In this document: positions 56,980 to 64,000 of the stretch, in pieces
How positions within the stretch are numbered: the first letter of the stretch is position 1
Layout: the number at the start of each line of letters is the position of its first letter
Assembly: GCA_028705565.1 (NCBI GenBank)
Contig: JAQWDH010000004.1
Location: 11,728 to 75,727 of the forward strand
Direction of reading: 5' to 3'
DNA length: 64,000 nt
Source: Patescibacteria group bacterium
Lineage (GTDB): Bacteria > Patescibacteriota > Patescibacteriia > Magasanikbacterales > GWA2-37-8
The notes under the pieces: model-generated
The model's database searches: none
Told to the model about the DNA's origin: nothing
What the model saw: the letters and a program-made list of their open reading frames with translations, nothing else
Position numbers and translations under genes: made by a program

Positions 56980-58338
56980 GTGGAATACCCTGGCACAAAA
57001 CTTATAAGACCGTATCGCCGCGCGATTTTCATCGTTTTTGTGGTAGCTTTTTTTATTATTTCTCCCATAATCATTCTCTACACAGCCGGATACAGATATG
57101 ACTGGACAAATGGATTTTTAAAAGAAACCGGCGCCATCAGCATTGATGTGGAACCGAAAAACGCTTTGGTTTTTTTAAACGACGCGCGCATTAAAAAACG
57201 AATGCCGATTCGCTTAAAAAATTACAAACCGGGAAAATATCATCTGGTGATTTCTGCTTCCGGATATTACGATTGGGTAAAGGACATAGAAGTAAAAAGC
57301 AGGCAAACGGTTTATATCAAAGAAGTCGCGCTTTTGAAAAAAAACGAACCGATAAAAATAAAAAGCGGAAACTTTGACAGTCTGGCGATTTCCAACGACG
57401 GAGTGTTTATCGCGTTCACGCAAAAAAACAAAGACATAACGGAAGTATGGCTTTTAAACAACAAAACCGGCGATGAAAATATTCTGTTGCGCGTACCGGA
57501 TACAAAACAATTAAAAATAACATGGGCGAAAAAAAATAATTACTTATCAATAAACGACGCGACATCTCCTTACCGACAATTCTTTATTTTTAACGCCGAC
57601 AATCCGACATCACAGTGGAATCTTGTTCAAAAAATAAAATCCGCTGTTGAAAAATTCCAATGGAAAAATTCGGAAAATCCGGAACTATTCTTTAGCGCCG
57701 GCAAACAAATTTCGGTTTTTTATCCTGCAACAGGACAACAAACCGACATTGCCAAAAACATTTATTTGGACTGGTATTTTGAAAACGGACAAATGTGGGC
57801 TCTCAGACGCGATGAAAAAACAAAATTATACGTAATTACAAAAGACGCGCTTGGTTTTTCTTCCGAACTTGTTTCATCGGATAAAATATTTGAATATAAC
57901 AGCGGAAGCGAAAAAAATCCTCCGATAAATTTAATAGCCGCATCCGGAGATTACGCTCTTTTAAAAAAGAAAGACAAACCGGAAATGTTGCTGATTTCCA
58001 AAGATAAAAAATTCACTTTGAGCGGAGAAAAATTTTTAATTTCCAAATACAACGATTGGTGGCTGATGTGGACGCCGTGGGAACTGTGGAGTTTCAGCGC
58101 GCGAGACAATGAACCGGCGCTTTTAAGCCGTTCCGGCGAACAATTGCAAGAAGTAATGACTTTGGACAAATACAATACTTTGGGTTTAATATGGGCCGAT
58201 AAAACCACCGTAGTATTTCCTTACTACCTCGTGGCTCACGAATTTATAAACAATAAAATAATTTCATCTGCCGATGATTCTGAAGCGAGAGTAATGTATT
58301 ACACAGATGAAAGCGGGCTGTGGAAATTAAATTATTAA
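56980..58338 (+). CDS. PEGA-domain membrane-anchored protein
   Basis: TM, YTAGYRYD, GAISIDVEPKNA.VFLN, PGKY..GYYDW.K. Confidence 0.8.
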   Translation: MEYPGTKLIRPYRRAIFIVFVVAFFIISPIIILYTAGYRYDWTNGFLKETGAISIDVEPKNALVFLNDARIKKRMPIRLKNYKPGKYHLVISASGYYDWVKDIEVKSRQTVYIKEVALLKKNEPIKIKSGNFDSLAISNDGVFIAFTQKNKDITEVWLLNNKTGDENILLRVPDTKQLKITWAKKNNYLSINDATSPYRQFFIFNADNPTSQWNLVQKIKSAVEKFQWKNSENPELFFSAGKQISVFYPATGQQTDIAKNIYLDWYFENGQMWALRRDEKTKLYVITKDALGFSSELVSSDKIFEYNSGSEKNPPINLIAASGDYALLKKKDKPEMLLISKDKKFTLSGEKFLISKYNDWWLMWTPWELWSFSARDNEPALLSRSGEQLQEVMTLDKYNTLGLIWADKTTVVFPYYLVAHEFINNKIISSADDSEARVMYYTDESGLWKLNY

Positions 58339-58378
58339 ATATTATTATCCCAACCAAGCCAAGATCCATACAATCGCA

Positions 58379-58491
58379 ATTGTCATCCCCGTGAAAACGG
58401 GGATCCAGACAATCGCGAATGGATTCCCGCTTTCGCGGGAATGACAATAATTGGAGTTTACCCCGTCGGATGACGGGGCGGGAATGACAAT
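58379..58491. repeat. GTCAT(T/C)CC...GGAATGAC palindromic repeats (dRS3/RPE-like)
   Basis: ATTGTCATCCCCGTGAAAACGGGGATCCA...TGGATTCCCGCTTTCGCGGGAATGACAAT, plus a second half-copy containing CCCCGTC-GGAT-GACGGGG. Confidence 0.85.
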
Positions 58492-58498
58492 CAACATT

Positions 58499-58903
58499 AT
58501 GAAAGTTATTATTTTTTCGGACGGCGGAGCTCGGGGCAACCCGGGACCGGCCGCCGCCGGAGTGGTTATAAAAAATGAAAAAGGAAAAATTCTGTCCGCG
58601 TACGGCGAGTATCTTGGCGAGCAAACGAATAATTTTGCCGAATACAACGCTCTGATTTCCGGTCTTAAAAAAGCAAAAGAACTCGGCGCCACTGAAGCGG
58701 AATGCGTGATGGACAGCGAACTTGTTGTAAAGCAAATGCGAATGGAATATAAAGTGCGCGAACCGCATTTGCAAAAATTATTTATTCAAGCGTTCAACGC
58801 CGCGGCGCGATTCAAAAAAGTTTCTTATCAACACACCATGCGCGAAGGAAACAAAGAAGCGGATAAAATTTTAAATGAAACTTTAGACAAACATCGCGGA
58901 TAA
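58499..58903 (+). CDS. rnhA: Ribonuclease HI
   Basis: SDGGARGNPGPA, TNNFAEYNAL, DSELVVKQ, REGNKEAD. Confidence 0.93.
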   Translation: MKVIIFSDGGARGNPGPAAAGVVIKNEKGKILSAYGEYLGEQTNNFAEYNALISGLKKAKELGATEAECVMDSELVVKQMRMEYKVREPHLQKLFIQAFNAAARFKKVSYQHTMREGNKEADKILNETLDKHRG

Positions 58904-58912
58904 TTAAAATTC

Positions 58913-58944
58913 AAAAAACGTCCCGAATTGGTCGGGACGTTTTT
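58913..58944. terminator. Bidirectional terminator
   Basis: AAAAACGTCCCGA-ATTGG-TCGGGACGTTTTT. Confidence 0.8.
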
Positions 58945-58967
58945 AATTTAAATCACTCAAAAAATTA

Positions 58968-59681
58968 TCACGCGCTCGCCGATGTTGAAGTGGCGCTGTT
59001 TTGATTTAATGGCACGCCCGGAGAAACATGGACCATTGTCGCGGTGATAATTTTCGTTTTATTATTCATAATTCCGCGGACATGAACGATATTTCCGGAT
59101 TTTAAATCCGCGAAAATCGGTTTTTCAACGCCCGGAATCGCAATTTTTGTTTTCTCATTGACTTTTATTGTCAAAACTTTTCCGTTCGCATATTTTAAAA
59201 CAAAACTGTTTTCAGCGGTATTAACGGATTCTATGATTCCATTATTAACTTTTAATGTCATTGATAAAGAATTGTTTTGTATTATTGTCGCGCTAATCGC
59301 GCCGTCTTCATTTGTTTTACCGACGATACGCAAATCATCTCCGACAGCCATTTCTTCAAGCGAGCTTTTTCCCAGATAACGCCTTACAAATTTTGTTTTC
59401 GCGTCAATTTTTACGATTAAACTTTTATTCGCTTCGGGATATGTTCCTTCCCATTTTTTCGCCTTTTTTGGCCAAACTGTTTTTACGGACACAATTAATT
59501 CGGTGGATGTGGCTGTTGTCGCGTTCTTTATTTCAACAAGCTTACCTGAAACTGTCACTGCCCTGCGGACATACTTTTTAATTTGTCCTTTGCCGATTCC
59601 GTTATTGCTTTTGGCTAAAACAGGCAAAATGGCTGTAAAAGAAAAAATCGCGACAAAGAGAACCAAAAATATTTTCTTCAT
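58968..59681 (-). CDS. Exported protein with tandem OB-like (DUF5666-like) repeats
   Basis: Signal peptide; two repeats ..TK...(L/M)..G..(L/V).(I/V).G......A. Confidence 0.7.
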   Translation of the reverse strand: MKKIFLVLFVAIFSFTAILPVLAKSNNGIGKGQIKKYVRRAVTVSGKLVEIKNATTATSTELIVSVKTVWPKKAKKWEGTYPEANKSLIVKIDAKTKFVRRYLGKSSLEEMAVGDDLRIVGKTNEDGAISATIIQNNSLSMTLKVNNGIIESVNTAENSFVLKYANGKVLTIKVNEKTKIAIPGVEKPIFADLKSGNIVHVRGIMNNKTKIITATMVHVSPGVPLNQNSATSTSASA

Positions 59682-59774
59682 ATATATTTTATTTTAAAAT
59701 AAGTTTATTCTAAATAAAATAATATCATTATTTATCAAAAAAAGCAAAATGTTTTGATTTTTCAAAACGTTTTT

Positions 59775-60890
59775 TTATAATTCATCTTTTAATTCTTCCA
59801 ACTTTTTCCTCGCGTCGCGGCTTAATTTTTTTGGCACGCGAATTTTTATTTTTACATAATGGTCTCCGCGCGCTCCGCTTTTATCCAAACGAGTCACACC
59901 GCGTCCTTTCAGGCGAATCATTTGCCCGAATTCCGTTCCTTCCGGCACAACCACTTTTATCGGACCATCTAATGTTTCCACTTCAATTTTGTCGCCCAAA
60001 ACCGCCTGCGAAAAACTTATTTCCGAAATCGTATGAACATCATATCCTTCTCGTTCAAAAATTTTTGATGATTTAATATGGACTCGCACATATAAATCTC
60101 CGCTTTGTCCTCCATGCGGAGTCGCCTCGCCGTGACCGCCCAATCGTATCGCCTGCTCGCTGTCAATTCCTGCCGGAATTTTAACTTTTATGGTTGAGGT
60201 TTTAGATAACACTCCATCTCCGCCGCAATGCTTGCATTTTTTTCCCGGCTTTTCTCCTCGTCCTCGGCAATCCGGACAGGTCGTAACTGTTTGCATGGCG
60301 CCCAAAAAAGTTCGCTGTACTTGCACTGTCTGACCTTTACCGTGGCAAGTCCGACATTCTTCCATTTTACTTCCTGGTTCGCTTCCTGAACCTCCGCACA
60401 CGTCGCATTTGGACTGTTTGCGCAAAGAAATTTCTTTTTCCACGCCAAACGCCGCTTCTTTAAAATCAACTTCAACGTCAACTTGGATGTCGCGTCCTCT
60501 TTCTTTCCGCCCTCCGCGAGAAGAACCTGAAAAACCGCCGGAAGAAAATCCGAATAAATCTCCGAAAATATCACCCAAATTACCATCGCCAAAATTCATT
60601 CCGCCGAATCCACCGCCCTGTCCATTTCTAAATGAATTCATTACATCTTCCCAGCTTGCGCCGCCAAATCCGCCCTGTTGCTCAAAATCAGCTCCAAATT
60701 GGTCGTATTTGCTTCTCTTTTCCGCGTCTCCCAAAACTTGATACGCTTCGTTTATTTCTTTAAACTTAGCTTCGTTTCCGCTCGGTCTGTCGGGGTGATA
60801 TTGCATCGCCAATTTTTTAAACGCTTTTTTTACTTCATCCTGCGAAGCATTTTTCTCCACGCCTAAAATTTTATAATAATCCTTGGACAT
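59775..60890 (-). CDS. dnaJ: Chaperone DnaJ
   Basis: HPD J-domain, G/F-rich region, four CxxCxGxG. Confidence 0.97.
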   Translation of the reverse strand: MSKDYYKILGVEKNASQDEVKKAFKKLAMQYHPDRPSGNEAKFKEINEAYQVLGDAEKRSKYDQFGADFEQQGGFGGASWEDVMNSFRNGQGGGFGGMNFGDGNLGDIFGDLFGFSSGGFSGSSRGGRKERGRDIQVDVEVDFKEAAFGVEKEISLRKQSKCDVCGGSGSEPGSKMEECRTCHGKGQTVQVQRTFLGAMQTVTTCPDCRGRGEKPGKKCKHCGGDGVLSKTSTIKVKIPAGIDSEQAIRLGGHGEATPHGGQSGDLYVRVHIKSSKIFEREGYDVHTISEISFSQAVLGDKIEVETLDGPIKVVVPEGTEFGQMIRLKGRGVTRLDKSGARGDHYVKIKIRVPKKLSRDARKKLEELKDEL

Positions 60891-60895
60891 AATAA

Positions 60896-61327
60896 TTATC
60901 CGCTAAACTCATCAAAAAATAATTTTTCTTTTTCATTTTGCAACGCCTCGTCCAAATCTTCCCAGGTGCTTTTATCATATGATAAAAGCATAACAGGAGA
61001 GGATAGACGATTATTCATCCAATTGACAAAATCCTTATTCGGGCATTGCCTTGCCTTCAACAATAAACCATCAGCAGACTTACGCAATCCGGATTTATTT
61101 TTTATGTACTCTTCCTCGTTCAAAGATTTTATAAAAGCGGCATAATCAAACCATGCCTCTTTTTCTTTTAGACCAAGCTCGTCTGAATTAATATCAATCA
61201 AAGTCGCGTCTTTTCCGGCAAGTTCTGCTTGTAAAAACTTAATATATTCTCTGAATTTTTTTACAGAATCGCTCTCGGCTTTAATATTCTCAATACGCGC
61301 TGACAAATCCATTTCCTTTTCTAACAT
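60896..61327 (-). CDS. Hypothetical protein between dnaK and dnaJ
   Basis: Open frame; likely ATG at 61327 (MLEKEMDLS); no recognisable motif. Confidence 0.65.
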   Translation of the reverse strand: MLEKEMDLSARIENIKAESDSVKKFREYIKFLQAELAGKDATLIDINSDELGLKEKEAWFDYAAFIKSLNEEEYIKNKSGLRKSADGLLLKARQCPNKDFVNWMNNRLSSPVMLLSYDKSTWEDLDEALQNEKEKLFFDEFSG

Positions 61328-61390
61328 AAAATAAGATGATAAAAATAAATTACGCAATGAACGACTAAGTCAAGGTATTATTTTATATCT

Positions 61391-63298
61391 TTATTTAACA
61401 ACCTCGCCCTCAATCGGTCCTTCGTCTTTTTTTTCTTCAGTCGCTTGCTTGCCGTTGTCGGCTGTCTGCCCGCCATTGCCAGCTTTTTGTCCTTCGGAAT
61501 ACATCTTCATGCCTACCGTTTGCGCGGCTTTGGATAATTCTTCAGACGCTTTTTTAATCGCGTCAATATCTTCCTTGTCCTTTACTTCTTTTAATTTTGT
61601 CAGCGCTTCATTTACCGCTTTGCGTTCATCATCCGTTATGGATATTTTTTTCTCATCAACTTCTTTCATCATTTTTTCAGTTGTGTAAACCATCGTATCA
61701 GCAATATTTTTCGCTTCAATGATTTCTTGCTTCTTTTTATCCTCAACGGCATGCGCTTCGGCTTCTTTTTTCATTTTTTCCACTTCATCCTTTGATAAAC
61801 CAGAAGACGCTTCAATGCGAATTGATTGCTCTTTGCCTGTGGCCTTATCTTTGGCTTTGACATTCAAAATACCGTTCGCGTCAACGTCAAAAGTCACTTC
61901 AATTTGAGGCACTCCGCGCGGAGCCGGCGGTATTCCGTCTAAAATAAATCTGCCAAGCGTTTTATTGTCAACAGACATCGGACGTTCGCCTTGAAGCGCG
62001 TGTATATCCACTGCCGGCTGGCTGTCCGCGGCGGTTGAAAATATCTGCGATTTTGAAGTAGGTATTGTTGTGTTGCGTTCAATAAGTTTAGTCATCACTC
62101 CGCCCAATGTTTCAATTCCCAAAGACAATGGGATTACATCAAGCAATAAAACGTCTTTTACATCGCCACGTAAAACGCCGCCTTGCACTGCCGCGCCAAC
62201 GGCTACAACTTCGTCTGGATTAACGCTGATATTCGGTTTTTTTCCGAAAAATTTTTCCACTGTTTGCAAAACCAAAGGCATTCTTGTCATGCCTCCGACT
62301 AAAACGACTTCTTCAATGTCGCTTACTTTAAGCTTCGCGTCTTCCAATGCTTTCTTAACCGGTTCCAAAGTTTTTTCCACCAAATCTCCAACCAATTCTT
62401 CTAATTTCGCGCGTGTCAATTTCAAAACCAAATGCTTCGGACCGGTAGCGTCAGAAGTAATAAACGGCTGATTGATTTCCGTTTCCTGCGCCGTGGAAAG
62501 TTCTATTTTCGCTTTTTCGGCCGCTTCCTTAATGCGTTGCAATGCCAAAGTGTCTTTACTTAAATCAATCACGTTTTCCTTTTTAAATTTTTCCACTATC
62601 CATCCGATTATTATTTGATCAAAATCATCTCCGCCCAAATGCGTGTCGCCGTTTGTGGAAAGCACCTGCACGGAATCCGGAGCCACATCCAAAATGGAAA
62701 TATCAAAAGTTCCACCTCCCAAATCGTACACGGCTATTTGCTGGTTTGTTTTTTTATCAAAACCGTAAGCCAAAGCGGCCGCGGTCGGTTCGTTAATTAT
62801 GCGCAAAACTTTTAAACCCGCGATTTCACCTGCGTCTTTCGTCGCTTGCCTCTGTGAATCGTCAAAATAAGCAGGAACCGTGATTACCGCCTCAGTTATT
62901 TTTTCGCCAAGACGCTCTTCCGCGTCTGATTTCATTTTTTGAAGTATCATTGTTGAAATTTCTTGCGGAGTATATTCTTTTCCACTCATTTCCACTTTTA
63001 CTCCGTCACCGGAACGAATTATTTTATACGGCAATGATTTTAAATCTTTCTGAACCTCCGCGTCTTCCCACCTGCGTCCGATAAGGCGTTTAATTGAATA
63101 TAAAGTGTCTTTCGGGTTTGTTACCGACTGCCGCTTGGCTAAAAGTCCGACTAAACGTTCGCCTGTTTTTGACACGGCGACAATGGATGGCGTTGTGCGA
63201 GCGCCTTCTTTATTTTCCAGCACCTTAGGTTGACCGCCTTCAATAACGGCCATGCATGAATTTGTCGTGCCGAGATCTATACCGAGTATTTTTGACAT
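61391..63298 (-). CDS. dnaK: Chaperone DnaK
   Basis: [33 protein letters not shown]. Confidence 0.98.
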   Translation of the reverse strand: MSKILGIDLGTTNSCMAVIEGGQPKVLENKEGARTTPSIVAVSKTGERLVGLLAKRQSVTNPKDTLYSIKRLIGRRWEDAEVQKDLKSLPYKIIRSGDGVKVEMSGKEYTPQEISTMILQKMKSDAEERLGEKITEAVITVPAYFDDSQRQATKDAGEIAGLKVLRIINEPTAAALAYGFDKKTNQQIAVYDLGGGTFDISILDVAPDSVQVLSTNGDTHLGGDDFDQIIIGWIVEKFKKENVIDLSKDTLALQRIKEAAEKAKIELSTAQETEINQPFITSDATGPKHLVLKLTRAKLEELVGDLVEKTLEPVKKALEDAKLKVSDIEEVVLVGGMTRMPLVLQTVEKFFGKKPNISVNPDEVVAVGAAVQGGVLRGDVKDVLLLDVIPLSLGIETLGGVMTKLIERNTTIPTSKSQIFSTAADSQPAVDIHALQGERPMSVDNKTLGRFILDGIPPAPRGVPQIEVTFDVDANGILNVKAKDKATGKEQSIRIEASSGLSKDEVEKMKKEAEAHAVEDKKKQEIIEAKNIADTMVYTTEKMMKEVDEKKISITDDERKAVNEALTKLKEVKDKEDIDAIKKASEELSKAAQTVGMKMYSEGQKAGNGGQTADNGKQATEEKKDEGPIEGEVVK

Positions 63299-63324
63299 AT
63301 ATTTTTGAATTAAGAATTATAAAT

Positions 63325-63924
63325 TTATTTTGCTACTATAACTTTCGCCGCTTTTATCACTTTATCCCCCATTTTATAACCGCCTTCAACCTCTTTAATA
63401 ATCTCTCCTTCTGGTTTTCCTTCAACGATTTCACTGCTAATTGCTTCGTGACATCTCGGGTCAAATATTTCACCTACTGTTACTATTTCTTCAATTCCGT
63501 GCGATTTTAAAACATCCACGAATTGTTTCATTATGTATTTTATCCCGTCAACCCATTTCAATTGTTCTTGATTGAAACTATTTGTCTGTGTTCTGAAAGC
63601 TAATTTAAAATTTTCGTAAATCGGAATAAATTCTTCCAAAATCTGCTGCTCGCTCATGCGCGCCCACTCGGCGCGCATTTTATTCGTTTCGTTTTGCAAA
63701 TTTTTATAATCCGCCAAAGCCCTCCTCCACCCTGATTCATATTCCTCGCGTTCTTTTTTAAATTTCTCGCATTTTTCGCATTTTCTGCCGAAAAAACCTT
63801 TTTTTTCTTCTCTATCTGGTTCGCCATCGTCTGAAATTTCTTTCACGGCTTCTTCTTGATTTGGTTGCGGATTTAATTCGCTTTCGTCAATTTTTTTTTC
63901 TTCTTTTTTTTCTTCATCAGCCAT
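63325..63924 (-). CDS. grpE: Nucleotide exchange factor GrpE
   Basis: RALADYKN, FDPRCHEA, GY.MGDKVIKAAKV. Confidence 0.95.
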   Translation of the reverse strand: MADEEKKEEKKIDESELNPQPNQEEAVKEISDDGEPDREEKKGFFGRKCEKCEKFKKEREEYESGWRRALADYKNLQNETNKMRAEWARMSEQQILEEFIPIYENFKLAFRTQTNSFNQEQLKWVDGIKYIMKQFVDVLKSHGIEEIVTVGEIFDPRCHEAISSEIVEGKPEGEIIKEVEGGYKMGDKVIKAAKVIVAK

Positions 63925-63928
63925 AAAA

Positions 63929-64000
63929 TTACATTAAATTGGAAATATAATTTATCAAACTTATATTATCTCTATAATTCATTCTTGTCGGGCCGACCAA
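63929..64000 (-). CDS. hrcA: Heat-inducible repressor HrcA, C-terminal fragment
   Basis: LVGPTRMNY..* directly upstream of grpE; truncated by the window edge. Confidence 0.8.
   Translation of the reverse strand: MVGPTRMNYRDNISLINYISNLM

Noticed and set aside
58244-58774. 176-aa and 115-aa minus-strand ORFs, and the 58451 start for rnhA
   Set aside because: They are antisense to rnhA and run through the repeat (HSRESGNP is a typical repeat translation).
1-64000. CRISPR array, rRNA, prophage, integrase/transposase, stop-codon reassignment
   Set aside because: No regularly spaced repeats or such genes were seen. Conserved genes end at TGA/TAG/TAA at their expected lengths, consistent with code 11. 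The many short antisense ORFs in the track are shadows of longer genes.

Overview
A 64 kb bacterial chromosomal segment in genetic code 11 (TGA is used as a stop). The gene content, the A/T-rich Shine-Dalgarno-less leaders and the short palindromic repeats suggest a Patescibacteria/CPR (Parcubacteria-like) genome; this is inference, not a database result. The core backbone has a MacAB-type ABC exporter, CCA-adding enzyme, pilT, a rhamnose/glycosyltransferase cluster, ftsW, murJ, lepA, recJ, lgt, gatCA, tsaE, queH, rarA, pyrG, rplI, era, ctpA, murA, rnhA and hrcA-grpE-dnaK-dnaJ, plus tRNA-Pro(CGG) and tRNA-Ser(GGA). Accessory material falls into four groups. (1) An approximately 6.5 kb integrase-less region downstream of tRNA-Ser carries a stand-alone Ni,Fe carbon monoxide dehydrogenase (cooS) with all cluster ligands intact, convergent with a pair of small paralogous membrane proteins. 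(2) tRNA-Pro has been invaded at both ends: a decayed GIY-YIG element duplicates its 5' end, and a hairpin-rich element plus an XRE-HTH remnant and methyltransferase sit at its 3' end. (3) Several self-contained one- or two-gene cassettes share a promoter / boxA-like motif / hairpin / AGGAGG / terminator layout not seen on the core genes checked. (4) Nested palindromic repeats and 7-bp-periodic tracts are scattered through the window. No CRISPR array, rRNA, integrase or transposase was seen.
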